A DNA stretch of 64,000 nt from Takakia lepidozioides. Lineage: Eukaryota; Plantae; Bryophyta. The stretch spans positions 49,352,001 through 49,416,000 of the forward strand of contig CM060734.1 in the NCBI GenBank assembly GCA_030704615.1. The letters run 5' to 3'. The notes beneath the pieces are model-generated. The model ran no database searches, was not told where the DNA came from, and saw nothing but the letters and a program-made list of their open reading frames with translations. Positions 11,391 to 21,823 of this stretch are shown here, one piece after another; positions within the stretch are counted from its first letter, which is position 1; each line of letters opens with the position of its first letter. A program made the translations under genes and the position numbers.

Positions 11391-12118
11391 GAGAAACGAA
11401 AGTGGTTTAATTGTTCCTCGTGAGGGCGAAGTACTTCTCGTCATCTCTCAGAATTGAATGTTGTAGCTCAATTACACTGCTTGACCATAGCTGGTGCACT
11501 GAGCACTACCCGTGTGAAAGAGGGGATACTCTTTACGTGTCCGTGCTGTCACGATTATCAAAATCGCTGAAAATGTAGGAATTGCTACTTGAAGCATGAA
11601 GAAGATTTGTGTGAATCTAACTGCCATTGGATTCTGGCTTTGATGAATCAGACCCAAAGAGAACCTGCCTCGCAAATCTAGTTCTCCAGTTAAGAGCTCA
11701 CAACGCCAAGTAGGCCAAGACAACCTAGTGTCTCCAGCCTTACAGCGCCCGAGCGTGTGCAATAAACCATGGGGTGTGCCAACATGGGGTTTCCCCTTGA
11801 AGATGAGACAGCTCATCCGACATGGATATGGAGTCTAATTGACTACAGCGGAGTAGAGGTCAGGAATTTACATCAGAACTTCCAGATGCTGATCCTGGAT
11901 ACATGCAAAAGATAGAAATTCATGGAAGTAGTCTGACTAAAGCTGACGGAAGGTATGAGCCACTCCATAGAAAGTTTACAAAAAGATAAAATTTGCCATT
12001 GTTCTGAACTTTGTTTGATGATATCTTTGAATATATACAGCACTGTCAACACGAACTGTGCGACCTTGACAGCAGAATACTAACGGAAAAGATAAAGGGC
12101 CTAACCGAACCTCAGCAA

Positions 12119-12772
12119 TCACAGCTTGACATGCTTGGAGCACACCTGGTCTTTCACAGTCTGATTGCCGATCCAGAGCTCAAGAGCGCAGTCGATAGTT
12201 ACAATAACATGATGCTTGTATATGTTTGCCAGGTTCACACGTCCAGGGATTGTGGCGGCGATAGACACAGGAAAGACGTCAGACGTTACATCGGGGATCA
12301 CATTACTATTCTCTACAATGCTCAAGGCTTCGATGGTAATGCGTGCAGGCAGACTCACAGACTTCTCTGCTCTGATCTCTCCAGCCCCCAATCCGATATC
12401 TCCAATAGTCTCGCCATGATAAGTCATCAGCATGGTGGTGTTCTCGTATTTGAAACTGTAATGATTAGGATTTTGAACTTGCACATCCACACCGAGTGTT
12501 ATGTTTAGAACAGCTGAGAGCTGGAGAAGGTTGACGGCAACATTCAGGTTTTCCACCTTAACAGAATTCAAAGTAATGGCGGGGTCTTTGAACTTGAAAA
12601 TAGTTTGGGTCAACGCCACAATCACGATGACCAACGCCAAAACCAGCACCACCGAAACCCCACAACAAATCCTGCATTTCCTTCTCCTGTGAATCGGCAA
12701 CTGCGGCTTCACCTCGGTGCTCCCACCTGGGCTCATCATCAGTCTGTGCTCCTGCTGCCTCATCTCTCCCAT
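12119..12772 (-). CDS. LEA_2 / NDR1-HIN1-like (late embryogenesis abundant hydroxyproline-rich) membrane protein, single exon, 217 aa
   Basis: Basic/Cys stretch RRRKCRICCG, one TM helix, FKFKDP, the VQNPNHYSFKY motif (NPN...Y) and a C-terminal Cys pair. Intact ORF. Confidence 0.9.
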   Translation of the reverse strand: MGEMRQQEHRLMMSPGGSTEVKPQLPIHRRRKCRICCGVSVVLVLALVIVIVALTQTIFKFKDPAITLNSVKVENLNVAVNLLQLSAVLNITLGVDVQVQNPNHYSFKYENTTMLMTYHGETIGDIGLGAGEIRAEKSVSLPARITIEALSIVENSNVIPDVTSDVFPVSIAATIPGRVNLANIYKHHVIVTIDCALELWIGNQTVKDQVCSKHVKL

Positions 12773-13378
12773 CTGTCCTCTCTCCAGCTACACTCTCCTC
12801 GACTACTCGCCCGATGTAATCAAACACACGCACTCAAACAAAACCCACAACTATCAACTGCCAGAGTTCTCCAACAAATCACGGTCTCGAAAGCGGAAAC
12901 GGATCCTGCCTTATTTGAACGGTCACTGCATCTTATAGAAGCAGCAGCCTCCATGGCCAACACGTAGGTCACCAGAGTGTGGCCGCATTGAATGCTCACG
13001 CGTCAGAGTAGGTCGCTGCAGTCGTCCGTGCGATCCTGGGAGACTTCCAGTCGCAGTCGCCTCAACTTTATGGTAGTCTGAGTAAAAACGTTTCTGGCCT
13101 TTGTCAACTTCATCTTTTAGATTACCCTGCACTTAACAGGACGCACCAAGTGGACTGCTGGGTTCTTATCTGTTTGATTTGGTTCATAATTTGGAAAGAG
13201 ATGCATATCTGCAGTTGTATGCATGAGCCTTGTGCTCTTTACTGAGTTACAGTGGCTCAAGATTGTGGACATTTAGCCCGGTAGCTCAAAGGGACAGTGT
13301 GTAATTTCTTTTATCAAACCATTCCCATGTACTTTTTGAGAAGAGTGCAAATCTCACCAAGGACTTCGTGTTTGGCAG

Positions 13379-14560
13379 ATAATGATATGACGAGCTGTTT
13401 CCAAGTTTCCAAAAGCTAATAAGATTGCCACAAGCAATAAAGCTGGATGGCTGTGACATTTCTGGGTCTGAACTTGAGTTGATAGGCAAAGGCAGTAAGG
13501 CATTGAAAGAGTTCAGTGTCAGCAAGTGCCGTGGCATAATGGACACTGGCATCACAGGTGTTGTGGCGGGCTGCACGGGTCTGCATAAACTGGATCTCAC
13601 TTGCTGCCGTGACAGACAAAACACGCAGCAGCAATCGCATCAACCTGCAAGGTCTTCTGAACCTCAAGATGGAAGCTTGTGGCCTTATCTCACAGCTCGG
13701 CCTGTCTTGGTTATGCAAGGAGTGCCCTTGTTTGGAAGAGCTTGACTTCAGAGATAGCAATATCGTCGACATGGTACGTTTGTCCTACTGTCTCTTGCGA
13801 GACATGGTTTGTGAACAACAGGACAGTGGATTGCAAGAAATTGAAAAAACATGGAATGAGGAATAGTGAACTGTGTCCAGGCTTCAGCTCTTGGCATTGA
13901 AAGACCTCTTGACTGCTTTATGTACTTCCTGCAGAGTGATCTGAATAGGCTTCCCCTGGCAGTTTCCAGCATGATGGTTGCATCCTATACATAGCAGCAG
14001 TTTAGGTACTTGACGTCCTCTTTTGACGATCTCTGTATGGTGCAGGGTTGGAGTCAATTGCAAGATGCACAGCCCTTAGGTTTCTGAAGTTGGGCTTCTG
14101 TTTAAACATCACTGAGGAGGGACTTGCATAGATAGGAGGCAGTTGCTGCACCTTACAAGTTTACAGGTTTGTGTCCCCACTTCCAAGCATCGTCAAAACT
14201 TTTGCTGCATGGAGGAGACAGATGTTTTTGTAAATGCCCCCCAGTTTTAAAGTTGTTCTTGAACAGGTGGTTCAGTGTTGAGTATGTCAATATATGGGCA
14301 GAGCACTGGGCAGCTTCTTTACATGGCTAACTCACGTGCAAGAAGAGGGACAGCGATAGAGTTCTGACAAAGTGGTTGGGTGGACTGGCAGGTTCAGAAC
14401 ATCAGTAATGCCGGGGTTGCAGCAATTGCCAGTGGTCGCCCTGCTTTAGAGTGATGAACGTTTCCTATTGAAGGTATGTTACATGTGTCAGCATGCACTC
14501 CCTCGCACAACTCAGGGACCTTGTGCAGCCTGAATTATGTGCTTGTGTAGAGGTGTGGGC
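13379..14560 (+). pseudogene. Internal fragment of an F-box/LRR (FBL3-like, cysteine-containing LRR) gene, with introns retained
   Basis: AIKLDGCDISGSELELIGKGSKALKEFSVSKCRGIMDTGI...LHKLDLTCCRD; LLNLKMEACGLIS...CPCLEELDF then a GT donor; GLESIARCTALRFLKLGFCLNITEEGL (~14047-14130); NISNAGVAAIASG (~14398). Frameshifts and stops; no N- or C-terminus. Confidence 0.8.
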
Positions 14561-14744
14561 TCTCATTTGTGGGGGCTTCCAGTTGTCAGACAGAGATGCC
14601 AATTTAAGGTACCATGTCAGTTCGCTGTGACAGGCCCTGGCCACTTTGCAAATGTGAAGCTACCGAAATGCAAACAAAGTATCACCACTCTAAAATTTCT
14701 ACACCACATTAAGTGGACTGTTCCTCTCACTTATATTGATCCTC

Positions 14745-14960
14745 AATGCATGCTCAACTTAGCAGCTCTGCAACAGGGCAGGCAGCTCCACTCGGGTATC
14801 ATCAATTCTGGATTGGAATCAGATGTCGAAGGAGGAAATGCCCTTGTCTGGTGTGGAAGTGTGATGCCGGCCAAGTGTATGACAAAATGCCAAATCAAGA
14901 TGTGGTCTCATGGATTGCAATGATTGCAGACTCTGCCCAGCAAGGGCATGGAAAACAGGA
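14745..14960 (+). pseudogene. PLS-class PPR gene fragment
   Basis: LAALQQGRQLHSGIINSGLESDVEGGNAL...CGSV / QVYDKMPNQDVVSWIAMIADSAQQGHGK matches the L-S-P motif consensus of PLS PPR proteins. Frameshifted. Confidence 0.8.
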
Positions 14961-15026
14961 ACTTAACCACACTGCCAGTGACAAATGACTAGTAAACATG
15001 ACTTCTATTAATTAGCTTTTTGTGAG

Positions 15027-15182
15027 TTGATTTTCTTTTGTGTGGATCTGTTTGCCGTTCGTACTAACCAAATCAAGTGCAGGTATGGAGCATGGGCAGT
15101 TGTGACAGGTGCCACGGATGGCTTTGGCTGGGCAATGACTGTGCAATTGGCACGCCATAAGATCAATGTGGTCATTGTAGGA
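15027..15182 (+). pseudogene. N-terminal fragment of a very-long-chain 3-oxoacyl-CoA reductase (KCR-type SDR)
   Basis: YGAWAVVTGATDGFGWAMTVQLARHKINVVIVG is the KCR/17-beta-HSD12 Rossmann motif (YGsWAVVTGATDGIG...LA...NvvLvgR). Confidence 0.8.
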
Positions 15183-15352
15183 TGCACACTGCCAGCTTCC
15201 AGAACTCTGGAACAGGGCAAGTTGCTTCATGAGGTTGTCCTCATAGCTGGATTAGAGTCAGATGTAGGACCTTATCAACATGTATTGCAAGTGTGGGAGT
15301 GTGGTTGATGCATATTAATTGGTCAATGAAATCCTTGAACAAGATGTAATAG
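15183..15352 (+). pseudogene. Second PLS-class PPR fragment fused directly to the KCR fragment
   Basis: LEQGKLLHEVVLIAGLESDV / INMYCKCGSVVDAY...EILEQDVI. A second copy lies at 17233-17381. Confidence 0.75.
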
Positions 15353-15691
15353 TGAAGCAACCTTGGGGCACCATATGTGTGGCTTGCCGTGTGCAGCAAT
15401 ACATCACCCCAGTGAAAGACGTGCCAGAGCTGCCAGAGAAAATCTCCTTCCATGACAGAGTCTCAGGTAAGGATTACAGAAGTAAACCTCACATTTTCCA
15501 GATCTTAGACTAAACTTCCCTCCACCATTCTACAGCCAGTCCTCTTGCACTACCAATCTACCAAAAAGAGAGCTTCAGTTTTGCAGCGCAGCCTGATAAG
15601 CATCCAGACCCTTCCACGGTGCTGGCCCTGGCAATCAATAGCCATGACAGACATTATGTCGTCTGCGCAGAGACCCAATGCACTCTGAGAA

Positions 15692-16680
15692 AGGAAATGA
15701 AATGGAACTTTATATTGACCGCAGAAAGCTCAAAGAGCTTATGGGACAAAAGGAAAGCAAGAAACAAGAAAAAATAAAAGACAAAGAGCGAAGCCAGAAG
15801 CAGCCCAAAAGAAACCAGGAGCGCAGTAGGAAATCACCCACGAAGTGAACCGTCAAAAGTCCAGCAGCCAAAACCAGGGTCCGCCCTTGCCTCTTCTTAA
15901 CAGCATCACTGATCACATTCTCCAAAATATCCTTAAAAGTCAGCAAGTCTCTTCATAGATCAACCCGATGTGCTTCATGCCGCCTCGCTTGCGCAATCCT
16001 TCACTTTTTGTCTTGTTCCTTGAAAATAATCCCACGATAACAATGGTTGCTTAATCAAAAACATTTCAAAACCAGACTCTAGATTGCATATAAAGAGGCA
16101 ATTTGAAGTCAAGAGTATACCAAAAAGGCTTCACTAGGAACGTGACAGGGCCAATCTCCACTTTCCACTCCAACTCCTCCTTTTGATGAAGGGAAGCCCC
16201 ACATTCACCTTTACCTGAGCCAATTGAGCCTCTCTCTACCACCATCCACTTCCCTCTCTTCATCTTCTTCTTCTTCTTCTCACCCCAGATTTTATGCATG
16301 GCCTCGGTAGTGTCCCTAATTTGGCCTACGTCCTCTTTCCGTTTCCCGGTATCCCATGCTAAATACGGCCGTACCAACCACGCCCACAAGCTCGGCCACC
16401 TCACATGCCACCTCAAATGCGTCCCTTCGTTTACCGCGAGCCATTCTTAACTGGTTAAAACAGAACAGGTTAGCTCAATACAGAAAGCACTGGACTACTC
16501 TTATCAGCTACTGGTCCTCAATTTGTGAAACACAAGTCGACTACCTCATGTTCTGAAGTTGGTGCGCAACATCAATCATCGCGGCCTGTCTGCCGTTAAC
16601 AGCCCGTCTACATCACTAGTCAGACACTCTGATAGCAGAAACAATCCCGAAAAACCGAAACCAATCGAATATCCAACTGA
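15692..16680 (-). mobile_element. Putative non-autonomous retroelement sharing the family-B LINE 3' UTR and tail
   Basis: 15692-15815 matches the 3' UTR of the LINE copy at 26430, then continues into unrelated sequence. A shorter copy at 18521-18663 shares the start of that body. The right (5') boundary is uncertain. Confidence 0.5.
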
Positions 16681-16686
16681 GAGAAG

Positions 16687-16814
16687 GTACTCATAAGACG
16701 TTGTTTGCCGTAGCCTTGTGGCCATTGACCCCGCGCCCAGTTTGAGCGGAACACGAAGGGACAGAACCTACCTTTGTTGACATCGGGGGCTGACATCGGT
16801 AGAAGACTTACCTT
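16687..16814 (-). mobile_element. Short 3' fragment of LINE family A
   Basis: GTACTCATAAGACGTTGTTTGCCGTAGCCTTGTGGCCATTGACCCCGCGCCCAGTTTGAGCGG is identical to the sequence starting at 7328. Confidence 0.9.
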
Positions 16815-17232
16815 GGAATAGTACTTGGTACCCAAACACACAAACATAGGTCCTCTGTGATTCTGTGAACTAGCGGCATTTGTGACCAGATCGTCTGAGC
16901 CACTAGCTATTGATGGAAACTACCATAATTGGTGCTCAGTGCTCACAATTGCAGCAGTTTGTAATACACCTGTGTGACCCACTGGCATAACCAATAAAAG
17001 GACCCAGCAAGTTTGTGGGTTCTGGAATCTTCCTAGAGATCCCTAGAATCATTGGGCCAGAGGCAGCTTCCAGAACAGAAAAACAGATCCTCAAACCATC
17101 CTAATTATATTGGTAGATGCCACCTTGAAACACCTTTCTGGTTTAAAAAATTCAAATAAGGTTTGTAAGTTTGCTGTCGGGTGAAAAGTTGCACTCCTCA
17201 AATATATCCACTCATGCTAACTAACGCAATAT

Positions 17233-18436
17233 CTGGAACAGGGCAAGCTGCTTCATGAGGTTGTCGTCATAGCTGGGTTGGAGTCAGATATTGGCGTGGA
17301 ATGTCCTTATGTATTGCAAGTGTGGGAGTGTGGTGGATGCATATTAATTGGTCCATGAAATCCTTGAACAAGATGTAATAGTGGAGCAACCTTGGGGCAC
17401 CATATGTGTGGCTTCCAGTGTGCAGCAATACATCACCCCAGTGAAAGACGTGCCAGAGCTGCCAGAGCAAAGCCTCCCAACGTATGGAGAGTCTTGTCTT
17501 GACATCGCCCCAGGGTATGCCGCATCCGGCCCCTCCAAAGACAAAGACGGAGCAGTGAGTAGGGTTGGGATGTAGTAAGAACACTATACTGCTCCGACTG
17601 CCGTTCTCTTTGTTTTGCAGCTTGTGGGATAGACCAAGTACTGTGCCTGTCATGCCTTTCTGTTTAAATGGGCGGTATGGCGGATAAATTGGTATCTCTG
17701 CATTGTGAAAACGGTGAGAACGATGGTTGCGCTTAGTGATGGCTACTGGGCAGACCTGACATAACGTTTGTCATGGCTATTGATTGCCAGGGCCAGCACC
17801 GTGGAAGGTGTGGATGCTTATCAGGCTGCGCTGCGAAACTGAAGCTCCCTCTTTTTGGCAGATTGATAGTGCAAGAGGTCTGGCTCTAGAATGGTGCAGG
17901 GAAGTTTAGATCTGGAAAATGTGAGGTTTGAACACTTCTGTAATCCTTGCTGGAGACTCTGTCATGGAAGGAGAATGCTGGAAGTGTGATTTCACAACTG
18001 TGTCGCAAGGCTGAGGTCTGAATGTGCAATAGGCAACCTGTGATTGTTCAGAATATAGTTCGAGTCCTGAGTCTTGGGGGCTGCTGCTCCAGCCCAAATG
18101 TGCTGAAGATCACTGTTTGCTTCATTTTCTTGGACCTCTGTTTAAGTGTGGGGCTACGTACAGTTGCATTCGTGAGTGTGTGAGATCTTTGGGAGTGCTG
18201 GTAGTGCAATATGAATGGAAATTTCTGCGATTCAATAGTCCTGAATGTGGTGATTGAAAGTCTCATGGACACTGTCTATAGACCTTGTCATTTCTTAGGA
18301 ATGCTCTTAAAGGATCGATAGATAGGGCGGCATAGTTCTCATGGGATAAATGCCCATTACGCCTTGGGGTTATCTCCATTTAGGGATGAGGAATTCCAGT
18401 GTTGATGGCAGAGCATGAATATGGGATACCAGTAGC
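17233..18436. repeat. Composite of locally duplicated blocks
   Basis: 17233-17477 is a direct copy of 15205-15447. 17748-17974 is an inverted copy of 15443-15670. 17453-17699 is a direct copy of 34433-34698. 18038-18436 is an inverted copy of 34705-35108. Confidence 0.85.
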
Positions 18437-18520
18437 AGTCCAGCAATTACTGGTGTGCAAGCCAACATGGAACTGCCCTTTCAAACCATAAGGGAAACGT
18501 AGAGTATCCCAATGCATCTG

Positions 18521-18663
18521 AGAAATGAAATGAAATGGAACTTTATAACGTCCGCAGGCTTATGGGACAAGAGGAAAGCAAGAAACAAGAAAGAATAAAA
18601 GGCAAAGAGCGAAGCCAGAAGCAGCCCAAAAGAAAGTCAGGAGCCCCGTAGGAAATCGCCCAC
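18521..18663 (-). mobile_element. Short copy of the family-B-tailed non-autonomous element
   Basis: AAATGAAATGAAATGGAACTTTATAACGTCCGCAG...GAGCGAAGCCAGAAGCAGCCCAAAAGAAA...GTAGGAAATCGCCCAC matches 15692-15841. Confidence 0.8.
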
Positions 18664-19842
18664 TAATCTTGAGCTAAATCTGCATGTTATGATAGATCGA
18701 GTGCCATGAACACTAGCATTTGACGACCTGCCCAGCATCTGACCTGCCGTTTCACGATGTGCAATGTTGTTGAGTACAGGGGTGTTGTAGTGTGAAAAGA
18801 AGGGGCCCATCTTTGTCATCCCCTTTACCTGCCCTACTAGAATGTCAGAGTTACGCAGTCATCATGCATCCCCTATCTAAGCCGTAGCAGAACGAGAGCA
18901 GAAGAGAAGACCCAGGGGTGCATTGCTAATTCTACCACGTTCAAGACCAGATCAGAAGTGCGTCATGGCATATGTCTGCAGGCTCCTCTTGCAGCACACA
19001 GTTCCTCTAATTCAAAGTGAACCTCGCACATGGAGAAAATCCATTTCCTAGTTCCCATTCGCAGTTCAGAACCCATCCTCCAGTTCTGTAATGGCAGCAG
19101 CTCATGACAAGTCAAACTCATGCCACCGTCCATCCATATTAAGGAATTATACCATTGCCATCAGGACTCCAATATATATCTCATCTCCAGCTTACAGGTT
19201 GTTACAGGTTGTTGCAAGTGCTCTCTAAACAGCCCAGGCGTCCATCGTTCTTTGCTCCCACTCTTTCATCTCTTCCTAATGTTAAGATGCCGCTTCTGGA
19301 TTCTGGACCTCACAACATACAGGGCCCTAAACTGCCCCTGAAAACAAGTCAACGTGACCATGCCCACGCTAAGACCTTTACCAAAGCATGCAATATTGTT
19401 GCACTGCAGAGCTACAGTTCTCTCAACACAACACTCGCAAATTATGCCCTCCCGTTCATATATTTCCCCAGTCAACTACATCGTCTCGAACCTCTTATAT
19501 CACCTTTTTTCCCTGATCTTGGTTATTATGATCTAGCATATATCGATCTCTTCTCTAAAGTCTCTGGGTCTATTTTGAAGTATAGATTTTACTTTTAAGA
19601 TGGATATGTTTAGTTTAGCTTTTTGTTTCCCTTGAGAAAAAAGAAAGAGAATAGACAATCAACACAACTGGATCGTTTACTTTTTTACTTTTAGGCTAGA
19701 CACACCGTCTGTAGATGTATATATATCGCAACTGCACTTGCCTTCGCTGTCTGTCTCACATAGCACACTGTTGTGTTGGATCACTGTGATTCAGCGCTGC
19801 TCCAATCTTGTGAAACAGAGGCAGCTCACTACTGCAACGGAT

Positions 19843-21000
19843 GTGGACCCTGCCACGGTGCGGAGAGCAGCATTTCCCTGTGAGCTTGTGGAGAAGGTTA
19901 TAGCGCACCATCTCCCAATGGTTGATTCAGATCTACCTCGGAGTCGAGGCGTGAGTGGGGCCTGGAAATCTTTCCTTTCGTGCTCTTATTTCGGACGTAT
20001 GCATACAGAGGTTCTGAGTGACAAAAGACATGTTGGCAAGTCCTACCAGATTTCGGGACTTGATGTTGAAGTGGATCAGAAGGCGCCGATTTACATTACT
20101 ATGTATGATTTGGTTACAAAGAAATGGTTGAAGTTGCCCACAAGTTGTCCAGCTGATCTTTCACATCTTAACTATATTCGGGTGAAAGCGACATGTGGAG
20201 GGTTGTTGTGCGTTTCAGAGTCTTATAACCTTTGGATCTGCAACCCGGTCACAAATAGTTGGCGAAGACTGCCGCCTGTGATTGATAAAGGTCACTGGGT
20301 TCTAGATGAGTCCTACTGGAGTTATCATAGTCAGCCTGTCATACAGTTGGTCACAGACGTAGAGAGTACTACTTATAAAGTGGTTTTGCTTGCTCGGAAC
20401 CTTCAGATGGTATATCACTCTTTCACCGATGCATGGACTACCACCCATGCTGTTCTTCCATTGTCCAAGCGTGTTTACTGGGCAGTAGCCAACCAGGAGA
20501 GCGTCACATGTGGCAACTTGATTTTCATAAAGGTGCAAGACAACTACAAAACACCTGGGGTAATCGTGTTTGACGTTAAGCAAGGGCGCTACCTCGTAGA
20601 CTCCCACAAGATTCCTGGTACTGTGCTCTGGGGTGCAGCAGGGATTCGCCTTGTGACCTACAAGGGTTCTCTCTTTGTACTCGTTCATGAATTGGAGGAT
20701 CAGTCCCAACTCTCCAAAGTCAAGATCCCCGTCCCGGTAGTCCTCAGAAAGTATGAACGCTGTATAAACGAGTTCATCTTTATAGCCAAGATGCCTCATC
20801 GAATGGCTATGCTGGTTACATCGTCCCCCAGGTTTGAGCGGGCCTGTGTAACAGTACACGGAGATGTTCTTTTCATGAGCACTCCTTGTGCCCTCGTAGA
20901 GTACAATTTTATCAAGGGGTCTTGGAGTGAATCGGAGAACAGTCCTGAATTGAGTGAAGATACATTCTGTTTCCAACCCAATTCCTGCGCTCAAGTCTAA
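19843..21000 (+). CDS. Intronless F-box protein with kelch/FBA-like C-terminal domain (copy 1; expected start is GTG rather than ATG)
   Basis: Divergent F-box FPCELVEKVIAHHLP...WKSFLS, then ATCGGLLCV...WICNPVTNSWRRLPP and a C-terminal FCFQPN. Long open frame, colinear with 38256-39395. First in-frame ATG is at 19918. Confidence 0.75.
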   Translation: MDPATVRRAAFPCELVEKVIAHHLPMVDSDLPRSRGVSGAWKSFLSCSYFGRMHTEVLSDKRHVGKSYQISGLDVEVDQKAPIYITMYDLVTKKWLKLPTSCPADLSHLNYIRVKATCGGLLCVSESYNLWICNPVTNSWRRLPPVIDKGHWVLDESYWSYHSQPVIQLVTDVESTTYKVVLLARNLQMVYHSFTDAWTTTHAVLPLSKRVYWAVANQESVTCGNLIFIKVQDNYKTPGVIVFDVKQGRYLVDSHKIPGTVLWGAAGIRLVTYKGSLFVLVHELEDQSQLSKVKIPVPVVLRKYERCINEFIFIAKMPHRMAMLVTSSPRFERACVTVHGDVLFMSTPCALVEYNFIKGSWSESENSPELSEDTFCFQPNSCAQV

Positions 21001-21823
21001 AATAGGTTTATCATCACGTACCAACTTTCATGCAGAAGCTCACATGCAGAAAGTTTACATGCATCAAAACTTTCATGCATCATGAATGGCCATGAGTTCC
21101 GCTCTCAAGATGTTTTAACGTCCTGGAAGAAGCAGGATGCCACAGTTATAAATACCATAGCCTACTTGAGCATTTTTAGAGATCCATTATGTAGTGACAC
21201 ACTTTGAAGGTATTCAGGGATAGGTAGAACATATAGTGGCGTCCGAGGAGGCCATAAGAATGCAGCTTGGCATGAAAATCCCAATGGGCATGTTATAGAC
21301 CACCACACCTTTGCTTACATGCTTCCAATGGAGTGACCACAGAGCAAGTTGATGATCCCAAGAAGCTGCAGACTCCAGCTGGATATATACGTGTTCCTTA
21401 CTTTGTTGCAGATGTACTATTCTGCAAATCTTACATTCCTGTGCTGATCGCCATGAGATTTGATAAACCACTACAATCATACAATGCACAATATTGAAAA
21501 AAAGGTAACGTCTGGTTTTGTGTTGCTTAGGCCCCTCAAGAGTTTTGTAGGATTTCAAACAAGCAGGCTTCTTCCTAGAGTCTAGGCACCACTGATACCC
21601 TGCTTGAGATTAATAAACCATGCTAGCCAAAGGCAAGAGCAAACTACTCCTACATAAAATTCACTATGCTCAAACCAAAGTCTTCACTAAGAAGCAAGCT
21701 CCAGCTTGAGGAAGTCAACTCTAAGAAGCAAGCTCGTTGCTTGCTTTGCACAATACGAGGTATGACATTGTGATCTAAGTTTGACACATTTCATAGCACG
21801 ATCCCTGAAACTTGACACGGGGG

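Noticed and set aside
13000-19000. Helitron call for the fragment patchwork
   Set aside because: No convincing 3' hairpin plus CTRR terminus or Rep/helicase sequence was seen, so the mechanism is left open.
20302-21024. Long antisense ORF, also open in the paralog (38694..39326)
   Set aside because: It is codon-aligned with the F-box gene, so it is explained by scarcity of TTA/CTA/TCA sense codons; no recognisable motifs.
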